Assembly (NCBI GenBank): GCA_976551045.1
Contig: CDPCPM010000291.1
Coordinates: 1,736,001 to 1,800,000, forward strand
Direction of reading: 5' to 3'
Length of the DNA: 64,000 nucleotides
Source: Glaucostegus cemiculus
Lineage: Eukaryota
The position numbers and the translations under genes are program-made. The notes beneath the pieces were generated by a model. It saw only the letters and a list, made by a program, of their open reading frames with translations. It had not been told where the DNA came from and did not search any database. This document shows, one piece after another, positions 54,250 through 64,000 of the stretch. Position 1 is the stretch's first letter; every line of letters starts with the position of its first letter.

Positions 54250-54678
54250 TTACCAGGATGCTGCCTGGATTAGAGAGTATGGAATATGAGGAGAGGCTTA
54301 AGGTGCTAGGGCTTTACTCATTGGAGAGGAGGACGAAAGGAGACTTGATAGAGGTGCATAAAATATTGAGGGGGATAGAGTAGACAGCCAGCAGCTCTTT
54401 CCCAGGACAACAATGCTCAAGACAAGAGGGCATGGCTTTAAGGTTATAGGTGGGAAGTTCAGGGCTGATGTCAGAGGGAGGTTTTTCACCCAGACAGTGG
54501 TTGGTGCATGAAATGCGCTGCCTGGGGTGGTGGTGGAGGCAGATATGTTGGACAGGTTCAAGAAATTGTTGGATAGACATATGATGGAATGTGGGATAGA
54601 GGGATATGTGGGAGGAAAGGGTTTGATGGACGACACAACATGGAGCGCTGAAGGGCCTGTATTGTTCTATGGTTCTTA
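54250..54678 (+). mobile_element. CR1 3' fragment, same young subfamily as 10225-11975
   Basis: Nearly identical to the reverse complement of 10225-10630 (ccaggatgctgcctggattagag...gaggcttaaggtgctagggctttactca). Confidence 0.93.
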
Positions 54679-55454
54679 TTTCAAAATTCTGTAAGAGGAA
54701 ATGTTTGTTTTCTAATTTTCAATTTGCCATTTTAAGTAACTGTCCCCATGTGCCTGGGTAGAGTCGAACCACAAAAAATTGACAAAATGCACTTCAGTTA
54801 ATATTTTGATGACCAAATATTAATCCAAACAAATAATGCTTTAAAACCTGAAGAAATGTTTTTATCTAGTTTATACCAAACTTCAGTTTAATAAAAAACA
54901 CTCCTCTTCTAGCACAGTTTGATCAAAGACATCACTAACTCCAGCTACCAACTGGAACTTCTGTACTGCTTTCTGTGGGGACATTTTTTTACCTCCATGG
55001 TGCAGAGACTAATCAATCTCTACAAAGCCTGCCCATAAAATATGAGAAAATTGTTCACTCATCAGCTCAGGCACCAGTCAAAGGCCTCAAAACACTGAAA
55101 AACACAGTGTATGTGTTAAATAACAATTTTAAAAACACACAGAATCTTCATGTAAATCGATGAAAGGTAGATCATAGGAGATGAGAGGTCAAACAAATTT
55201 CCTTATGTCCATTCTTAACATATGGCTGGAGAGCTAAAGTTGAGTAAAATTTTCCTGTGTGTTTGCAAATTTTATATTTTTGGGCATCACAACTTTGCTG
55301 CATTCATGCCATTACTTTTTGTTATGTGGTATTGTTACACAAGAGATGCTACAACTTGAGAAACAAAGGATTGCAGATGCTGGAATCTTGATGAAAAAGA
55401 CGATGATGCCAGAGGAACTCAGCAGGTCAGGCAGCATCCGTGGAGAAAAGCAGG

Positions 55455-55492
55455 TGGTCAATGTTTCAGATCAGGACCCTTCTTCAGGACTG
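55455..55492 (-). ncRNA. Minimal type I hammerhead-ribozyme-like motif (probably decayed)
   Basis: cagtc-CTGAAGA-agggtcctgatct-GAAA-catt-gacca. CUGANGA and GAAA core boxes are intact. The palindromic stem III acgt appears as acat. Confidence 0.55.
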
Positions 55493-55597
55493 AAGATGGG
55501 AAATGGGGAAGCCCAATATAGAAGTGAGAAAAGCAGAGCAGTGAAAGATGGATAAAAGGGGGAAGGCAGGGTAGGCACAAGGTGATGATAGGTAGAT

Positions 55598-56221
55598 NNN
55601 NNNNNNNNNNNNNNNNNNNNNNNNNNNNNNNNNNNNNNNNNNNNNNNNNNNNNNNNNNNNNNNNNNNNNNNNNNNNNNNNNNNNNNNNNNNNNNNNNNNN
55701 NNNNNNNNNNNNNNNNNNNNNNNNNNNNNNNNNNNNNNNNNNNNNNNNNNNNNNNNNNNNNNNNNNNNNNNNNNNNNNNNNNNNNNNNNNNNNNNNNNNN
55801 NNNNNNNNNNNNNNNNNNNNNNNNNNNNNNNNNNNNNNNNNNNNNNNNNNNNNNNNNNNNNNNNNNNNNNNNNNNNNNNNNNNNNNNNNNNNNNNNNNNN
55901 NNNNNNNNNNNNNNNNNNNNNNNNNNNNNNNNNNNNNNNNNNNNNNNNNNNNNNNNNNNNNNNNNNNNNNNNNNNNNNNNNNNNNNNNNNNNNNNNNNNN
56001 NNNNNNNNNNNNNNNNNNNNNNNNNNNNNNNNNNNNNNNNNNNNNNNNNNNNNNNNNNNNNNNNNNNNNNNNNNNNNNNNNNNNNNNNNNNNNNNNNNNN
56101 NNNNNNNNNNNNNNNNNNNNNNNNNNNNNNNNNNNNNNNNNNNNNNNNNNNNNNNNNNNNNNNNNNNNNNNNNNNNNNNNNNNNNNNNNNNNNNNNNNNN
56201 NNNNNNNNNNNNNNNNNNNNN
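55598..56221. other. Assembly gap (624 N)
   Basis: Run of N. Confidence 1.
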
Positions 56222-57259
56222 GGGGATGGGTCTGAAGTAAGGAGAGGAAAAAAAGAAAGTGGGGTAGAAAAACAAAAGGTTAGGAAAGGGAAGAAAAGAA
56301 CCATGGTGGGGGGGAGCGGGGTGGAAATCACTATCTCTCACCTGCATTTACCTATCACCACCTTGTGCCCACCCTACCTCCCTTCTTTTTTCCACCTATC
56401 ACTGCTCTGCTTCTTCTTCCTCTATATTGGGCTTCCCCTTTTCCTGTCTTCAGACCTGAAGAAGGGTCCTGATCCAAAACATTGACCGCCTGCTTTTCTC
56501 CACGGATGCTGCCTGGCCTGCTGAGTTCCTCCAGCATCATAGATGCCACAACAAGTCATGTGAATTTGTGTGGGAATCTCATAATATTCTCTTTCCCTGA
56601 AATAGATCTACTTCACTCCTCCACACCAGCCAGTCAATTACTATGCAAATGTTAATATTAATTGGGATTGTCATTCAAACTCCCACTTTTTACTATCAAG
56701 TGTGGCACTCTGGCATTGTGGTTATCTCTTCCTCCACAGCTCAGCTGTTTCCTATTTGATGGAGCCACCTTTTGATCAGACTATATTACACGAGACATTA
56801 TTCTTCAACCGAAATTATATTGCAAGCCTCAGTTCTGTACAATACATTCCAAATTAGACAAATTATTATTAATGCAGATAAGTTTTTGCAAGTTTAAGCA
56901 TGGCTCTTATATCCTCATCTGTTTGAACTCAGTGGTTTGGCTACAATTTCTCAAATTAAAGAATTTTGAAATAACATCATAGAAAAGATGGTAATGTTCA
57001 GCAGAATTTGGCTCAACTTTTTAGAAATGTTTAATTCATTTTATTTTATATGTAAAAAAAAATTAGCTCCATTAGCCCACAACCTATCCCTCATATCCCC
57101 AAACAAGAAATCTCCTACGATTGCCTTCTCAAAATTTTCCAAAAGGAATTTTGGTTACAATTTTTCCAGCATAAACAGGACTGCAGAGAACCAGTCTTAT
57201 CTACAGAAGCCCACATGGTCTACATAATAAACATTTATGCAAAATGGACTTTAGTCAAT

Positions 57260-58330
57260 TATTTGACAAGGTCTGTCATGGTAGGCAAGTCTGGAAGATT
57301 AAGTCACATAGTTGGATACAAAAGTAAGTTGGTAAATTGGATACAAAATTAGCTTGGCCATAGAAAACAGAGTGTAGGGTAGAGACACATTTCTCTGACT
57401 GGAGGTCTGTAACCAGTAGTGTTCCACAGGGATCAGTGCTGGGACCTTTGTGGTTTGTCATACATATATGATCTGGTTAGTAAGTTTGCAGACAAAACCA
57501 AAGTTGGTGGAGCTGTGGACAGTGAGGAAAGTTGTCAAAGGATACAGTAAGAAATAGATCAACAGGAAATTTTTGTGGAGAAGCAGCAAATGGTGTTGAA
57601 TCTGGACAACTGTGAAGTGTTGCATTGTGGGAGCTCAAATGCAAGAGGAAAGTATATAGTAAATGGCAGGACACTTAAGAGCACTGATGTGCAGAGGGAT
57701 CTTGGGGTGCAAGGCCAAGCTCACTAAAAGTGGCAACACAAGTGGATAGTGTGGTAAAGAAAGCATATGGCACGGTCACCTTCTTTGATCAGGGCACTGA
57801 CCACAAAAGTCACGTGGCAGCTGCATAAAACTTTAGTTATGCCACATGTGCAGAATTATGTGTAGTTCTGGTGGCCACACTAGAGGAAGGATATGGAGGC
57901 TTTGAAGAGGCTGCAGAAGAGGTTTGCCAGGATGTTGCCTGGATTGGAATAGATTAGCTGTAAGGAGAGGTTGTACGAACTTGGATTGTTTTCTCTGGAG
58001 CATTGGAGGCTGAGGGATGACCTGATAGAAGAATACACAGTTCTGAGGGGCATAGATTGGGTGGGCAGTCACAGTCTTTTTCCACCCCACCCCCCTGCCA
58101 CCCAAGGTGGAAATGTAATACTAGTGGGGCATAGCATTAAGATGAGGAGGAGGTGGTAGAAGCAGATACAATAGCAATGTTTAAGAAACATTTAGACAGA
58201 CATGAACAGGCAAGGAAGAGAGATATATAGAGATATATGTGCAGGCAGATGGGATTAATTTAATTTGGCATCACAGTCTGTGCAGACACGTTGGGATGAA
58301 GGGCCTGTTCCTGCACTGTGTTGTTCTATC
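57260..58330 (+). mobile_element. CR1 LINE, 5'-truncated, in the last MTRR intron
   Basis: FDKV.HGR, SSVPQGSVLGP, SKFADKTKVGG, and ORF 57971..58159 LGLFSLEHWRLRDDLIE. Confidence 0.9.
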
Positions 58331-58875
58331 GGCAAAGATTTCACATCCTGCACTGCAACTTCACATTCTGACCACAACACCAGTACTCAAATGGACAGCC
58401 CACAGCACAAGTATACTGCCTGTTATTTAATCATGACAAGCCTATCAGTTGAAAATATCATACAGTTCAACTGTACTTTATTTCCACTCACAGGACAAGG
58501 TGGCATAAAACTGACAAGCAGCGTTTGATGAGAGATGCATGTGGCTGAATATCTTCCCCTACCCCCCAGCAGAGAGTGTTTTGTCCAAAATTGGACTGGA
58601 CTTTACAGAGCCCTTGGCCAGTAACTGTTAAAGGTGGTGTTATGATCTGATACAATCCTTCTTCTCTTGTTCCACTTACTCCCTTATGAGGCAAATACCT
58701 TGATTTACAAGCTGCAGATGGTATCAGTTTGCATCTCTTGCTTCCCTTGCACTCCTGTCTCACCAAAACAATGCCTCTGTACCTTTCTCCTTTCATATAC
58801 TGCAGAACTCGAACGTGTGCAGACCATGGCTGAAGAGCAAGAGAGTGAAGATGTACTTTGGACCTGCTCCTCACT

Positions 58876-59035
58876 GGGTGAGATGGTAGCACAGCTGGTA
58901 GAGCCACTGCCTCACAGTACCAGTGAAACAGGTTCAATGCTGGCCTTGGGCTACCATCGTGTACATGGTACTTGACAGGCAGCACAGACTTGGAGGGCTG
59001 AAAAACCTGTTTCTGTGCTGTATGACACTATAATC
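58876..59035 (+). mobile_element. Short SINE: tRNA-like head joined directly to a CR1-type tail
   Basis: tggtagcacagctggtagagccactgcctcacag...ggttcaatgc, then gcacagacttggagggctgaaaaacctgtttctgtgctgtatgac. The V domain is missing. Confidence 0.65.
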
Positions 59036-59477
59036 TGCACGTGACTCCATCCCCACCAAACTTTCTTTCCAACTGCATTTTTTGCAGAAATTATTATGAA
59101 TCCATAAAACCAGAATCTCTACTATCACAATTCAGATAAAGATAATCATGACAGGTAAGTTAATTTAAAAAAAAACGTATTTAAGTACTTCTGGATGAGA
59201 AATTCAATTTACTCAGTTAAAAGTTGATGTGGTCTTTGCTTCAATCACTAATTCTGGTATTATATTTTCTAAGTTCACAACTTTCTGCAGAAAGAGGTTT
59301 CTCACTTCCCTTGCTCAGATTCTCTTCCGTTTATTATATTTATCTCTTTTTGCTGAAAATTAGTAACGTATAAAGACAGTTTATGCATCTACTTCATCCC
59401 ACCTTCAGCAATTTAAACCATTTAGTCAAATTATCCAATTATCTTTTGTGCTAACTTTTCTGGTCTTTTTTCATACC

Positions 59478-60294
59478 AGGTACATGATTGGAACCTGGCT
59501 ACCTGACAGGATCAGACTCTGTGTCAGGTTCAGATGAGGCCCAGTGCATAATCCATGGAAACTTTCAGGTTCAGATTGGGTCAGGTTGGAATGGGATAGG
59601 ACGGGTCGGGACACACTGTCCAGCTCAGTATTTTATCTATGTCAGTTTGACTCAGTGTCAGCAGGAGGTGGTGTTGTTTGCAAGACACTCAGTCAGTGAG
59701 CAGAAGAGGAACTTGATCCATTAAGGTAAATTTTGGTTGTTGACTTGAAGCTTAGTGAATGTCAGCAACTGGATGTGGTATCAGGAAAGGGAGTGGTTGG
59801 GAATTCTGCTCATGATTGAAGCATATTTTTAAGGTTATGGCTAGATGTTTGCCTTGGTCAAGAGGTATTGTCCTTTCTTGGGGGGGGGGGGGGCAAAGGA
59901 CTTCACGTGCTTAGAATGCATTTTCTGGGCTTAGTTGTTGAGCTTGGCTTAGTGCTAGGGATATGAAAGTCAGCAAGAGAGTGCAGGTGGGACCTTGCAT
60001 TGGGTTAGGGCGTGCTTTCTCAGTCGCCTGCTTCAAGTCTGCCTCAGTGCCACAGTCAGGCAGTGGATGGGAAACATTTTCAGAGCATGGACGAGACATG
60101 GGAAAAACTGAGTGCCTCTCCCATGAGTGGACGTCAAGTCTTGCTCAGCGCAAGTGACTGGGCGCATGTTCTGTAAACTCGCAGAGTTGGGTTGGCTTGT
60201 GGAAAAGATTAAACTTACCTGGGCTCGGATTGGCTGTGAACAGGTTCGGTCAGCTTTGGATGGAGTTTTAATTTTATACCCGAGGAGACCTCTA
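59478..60294. mobile_element. Possible non-autonomous hAT-like DNA transposon relic
   Basis: Decayed (c/t)gggtc(g/a)gg / ggttcgg subterminal motifs at both ends; the right end ...acccgaggagacctcta resembles a TAGAG-type terminal inverted repeat. The left TIR is not clear. Confidence 0.3.
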
Positions 60295-60842
60295 AGCTCC
60301 ACTACTTATTCCTCTACTGCATTAGCATCTTTTTCACAGAAGGAAAAGACTAACACTGCAGATAAAACTCGTACTGTTAGCTTACTAATGTTTGACAAAA
60401 TAAATTATTACATTTTAATTTACATTTGAATGCAGAATTCAACATTCAATTAATATTTAAAAAGGCTTTATTTGCTCAAGGTGCTGTTTTTGTTGTACTA
60501 CGAACCTGAAAAGCCCATTTTCTCTTCAACTAAATTAGACTTTAGCAATTTCAGCTTTGATTCCAAAATTACCCTATCACAAAGCAAAGCGTATTATGTT
60601 CAGTTTCAGCAATGTATGATGACAATAGCATCTAAATCAGAAGACTGAATTCAATGAAATACCTATTCATCAGTTGATAAGTTCTTTTTGTATCTTTATG
60701 GAGCAGAATGCAGCAATGTTCAGATGATATAACCACATACATTTGTTCCATGACAGAATCACGGATGAATTATATACTCTATTCCTTACAGTTCTGAAAA
60801 TATGCAATCAACAGCCACAGACATCATCATATTTTTACTCAC

Positions 60843-61013
60843 CCACAAACATACAAATAACCATTTTCACTCAGCAATATTTTTGTGACCTCATGAGCCG
60901 AGTGCTGGAGTAAATGTTGAACATATTTTGGTTTTCCATCTGTCGTGTCTCTTGAGAAACAGACCTTCAGTTGTGTTAAGGTGCCATTATTGAGAAAATG
61001 TCTTAATTCATTT
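60843..61013 (-). CDS. MTRR: MTRR penultimate coding exon (equivalent to human exon 14)
   Basis: 171-bp exon between ctgcag and gtgagt, translating (R)NELRHFLNNGTLTQLKVCFSRDTTDGKPKYVQHLLQHSAHEVTKILLSENGYLYVC(G). Contains the FSRD, KYVQ and YVCG motifs of FNR-family diflavin reductases. Lies within ORF 60839..61048. Confidence 0.95.
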
Positions 61014-63323
61014 CTGCAGAGATAGAAAACAAAATATTTCTTTGGCATTTAAGTACTTCATTTTACTTCTGTTCCTGTGTATGTGTGTACTCCCATGTTT
61101 TAGTGTGGATTTTCCTCCTCTTACTGTTGACTGTTTTATTCTTTCCATTTGTAGTGTCTTCCAGCTGTGATCTAACCGAAAAATTAAGCTGAATACTTTT
61201 CCAGCAGAATTTCTGAACTAACCCAAAGCATTTCCAGCACTCCTGCTTTTATACTAAATATCCATGTTCTTTTAAATAAAGACTTTTAATAAATTTTACC
61301 CAATTTTTATTATTATTTTACCCATTATTAAAAACTAGCAGAGGGTGGTAATCCCACTGCTTTTTAATGGAACTGAATTTCAGAAGTAGAGTATAGCTTG
61401 CTGCCGCTGTTATATTGGGCATTCAATCCAAGTCACTGAAAGATGTGAAACCCCCATGAATCTGGACCATAACTAAAACACCATCAGAGTTATGGATCTA
61501 TAGCTATTACACTAATATTTAATTGTTGAAAAGTGAAAATAATTAGAGGCCAATGAGTTCCAGTTACCCATTTTTTTCAGATATGGATTTTTAAAAGTTT
61601 TATTGATATTCAGTGCAGTTAGGCAGCATAAAGCATTCTGCCTGTGCTTCTGTTCACAAACTTCACTTAAGCCTAAGTAAATCTCCAGAAATTAATTCAA
61701 TTTATGGGGAACCCAATTACATAATTGGTGCTGTCCTACACACTAAGGAACTGCAATCTCATGCATGCATGATATAGGGAAGAAACAGAGCTTGCAATAA
61801 TTGGGCTGCATTTTTAACAATAGGCCATCTTTACCTCATGGCCCACTTCTCTAAGTCTCCAGCACAGACTTTATGCCTCCTCAAATGCAGTGCTCCAGAG
61901 CAGAAGGCTGGACAAAATTAAATTATAGAAATGAGATGGCCTTGCCCTAAGAAGCAACTCAACTCATTTTGGGTTTAAGTGAAACAGCACCTCAGGAGTG
62001 GTGGGACTCAAAGCTCTGCCACAGCCTGGGTTATACTTTTGTACTAAAAATTGTGAGGACATTAAAACTACATCATCAACACTGACAAAATTAAATAATA
62101 CTTAAGTTCCTGTTTTATTTTATCCTTTAATTTCAATTAAGCCCAACTGTGCAACCATCTGCTGCTGATATAGATTTTCCTGTGTCAAAAACAACATTGC
62201 AAAAGGCTTAAATCAGTAAATAAATTTTGAAAAATGAAAAATATCAATAGAAGGGAGCTGAAATATAACATGTGGCAAATCCTCAGAACTTTCACCAGGT
62301 GAAATTTTGCTCAGCTGTCTAGAACAGGTAGATAAAGATGCACTCAGTTTCTGTGTTGTCAAATGCACAGAGACAGAGGGAAGTGCTCCTGTGCCAAGAG
62401 AGCAAATCAGCTATGTTCATCACAGGGCTTCAATGGGCCAAATCTTGCTGGCTGAGGGGTTTCAAATCAGTCAGTATTTTCCATGGATGGATTGCTCAGG
62501 AAAAACAGTGGGGCCCAGTCATGCTGGGGTTCTCTTGTAAGTGAGGTGACAAAGTTGAAGGCAAGTACTTTTTTGTTGCTTTCATTTCACGTTTTCAATT
62601 ACTTTTAAGTGACTGTACATACTTTTCATTGCATGTTTTAGCTTACTCCAATTTTAAATGTCTCTTAATGTTACTGAAGAGTTATCAAGACAATTAAAAT
62701 CCATGAAGAAGCTGCTCTGTTCCCAGGTTGGGCTTCCATCAAAGCCTACAAGGGATGTTCCGGCCCTTCTGCGCTATGTACCCTTGACCCAGTCACCATC
62801 TAGACTTCTCCACTGGAATCCAGTGTGCAGAGGGCCAGCAAAACCAGCCCTTCGAATATGGCCCAAGGGTGTGTGAGCATGCGAAAATTGTTGGCAATTC
62901 TGGGTGGTGGGCCTGATCTAGTATAATGTAAACATACCCGCTTAGGAAATTCTGATCCCAAATTTGGGACAAATCCTTTAATGGATAAATATTTAAGTTT
63001 GATTAAATTTAACCCCAGAATCAGGAAGCTTAAATAGTGCTTCCCTATTCAGTTCTTGAATATATTGCAAATGAAAATTCAGTCTAGGAGTTTAACAAAG
63101 AATTAAATCAGAACTCATAATAACAACTTTTGAGAAGTTTACACAGAGCTTTAGTTTCAATAACAGATGAAGGAAGAATATTTTGAAAATTTGAGGTACA
63201 AATTTTATTTGTAGAGTTCATCATTAAGGCAGTTGATAGAATAGTGCATGTTTACTGTGAATGGATCCCCAATCACAGAGAGGTTAAGAAGTGGTGCAAA
63301 TAAAATCAAAACACTGTGGTTAC

Positions 63324-63416
63324 CGAAATAGATAGTCTCGATCACAATGCCGGCAGCCATAGAATAGCCAAGTTTCTCCAAAAGTACACTCAGGATACTC
63401 CTCCCTTTGTTTTTGT
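63324..63416 (-). CDS. MTRR: MTRR coding exon (third from last; equivalent to human exon 13), NADPH-binding domain
   Basis: 93-bp exon between tttcag and gtaacc. It translates (R)[30 protein letters not shown](R), which matches recalled human MTRR [32 protein letters not shown]. Phase 2 at both ends, compatible with the next exon. Not in the ORF track. Confidence 0.95.
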
Positions 63417-63889
63417 CTGAAACAAAAAGTCGACTGATGAATTAAAATCCACATTAGCATTCGCCTGACAATTCAGCTGCAGTGCCCTAGGCTCCAGGAT
63501 TACCTTTCGGCCTCTTAACCTCAACAAACTCTTTAAAACCTACCCCCTTTGATGACATTCTTGATCATCTGCCTTAATGCCTCTTTATCTGGTTTGATAT
63601 CAAATTTTATAACAGTCCTGTGTTGAGGTATTTTATGTATTAAAGGCTCAAAATAAACACAAATATTTGTTGCAGATTCTTGAAAGCAATCAAAATCAAC
63701 ATTCTTTTGTCAGTGATATTTTCTTTTAACCACAGGAAAATGTTTTTACAACTACTGCAGTGCCTCATTTGAACTACCATTTCACTCCCTGGTGCACGCA
63801 AGAATCACCTGGCTGCTTGCCCATGGACAGACTTGCAGCTGAACCTAGTGCTCTCAGTTGACAGCGATATGCCAGCACATTGGAGTAGC

Positions 63890-63995
63890 TATGCCTTTAT
63901 CAGGAGTAGGCAAACTCCCTTAGCTACACATGCTAAGTCGAATCGAAAACTCCTCCTTCTGCCTCAGGTAAGATCAGCTAAGTCAATATCGAGAG
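63890..63995 (-). mobile_element. Ancient SINE fragment resembling AmnSINE2
   Basis: Minus-strand tgacttagctgatcttacctgaggcag...gctaagggag...ctcctgat aligns by eye with my recollection of the AmnSINE2 consensus (tgagttagctgatctcagccggggc...gctagggagg...ctcctgat). Confidence 0.4.
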
Positions 63996-64000
63996 GATAT

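Larger units (their letters stand above)
55356..56540. mobile_element. Penelope-type insertion with inverted pseudo-LTR arms and target-site duplication
   Basis: 55403-55597 and 56346-56540 are inverted copies. Flanked by agatgctacaac (55344-55355) and agatgccacaac (56541-56552). Each arm holds a hammerhead-like core. Confidence 0.8.

Noticed and set aside
55471-56347. Long ORFs of 217-287 aa
   Set aside because: Artefacts of translating through the 624-N gap.
52761-63416. Alternative call as POR, NDOR1 or NOS reductase domain
   Set aside because: Introns fall at R|QKQ, FR|NEL and CG|D as I recall for MTRR exons 13-15, whereas POR has an intron before VYVQH. The RHF..G.LT.LKV.FSRD and EAM....L.EEKRYLQD motifs are MTRR-like.

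Overview
AT-rich, transposon-dense vertebrate DNA, most likely from a cartilaginous fish (shark or ray). That is inferred from the CR1, V-SINE and Penelope repeat families, not proven. The only host gene I can support is the 3' end of methionine synthase reductase (MTRR) on the minus strand: three phase-consistent coding exons at 63324-63416, 60843-61013 and 52761-52905, ending ...RYLQDVWS*. The remaining ~52 kb downstream of MTRR looks like gene-free intergenic DNA filled with decayed mobile elements: many CR1 LINEs (several nested), a Rex1/Babar LINE, RTE LINEs, V-SINEs, Penelope-type pseudo-LTRs with hammerhead-ribozyme-like motifs, a Gypsy relic, Harbinger transposase relics and a possible DIRS/Ngaro tyrosine-recombinase relic. 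There is a 624-nt assembly gap. I found no convincing new multi-gene system. The items most worth following up are an inverted, target-site-duplication-flanked Penelope/hammerhead insertion in the last MTRR intron, a V-SINE that appears to carry a Rex1-type 3' tail, a perfect 27-bp palindrome, and the putative tyrosine-recombinase fossil. Repeat boundaries are approximate, and family assignments come from recalled motifs, not database searches.
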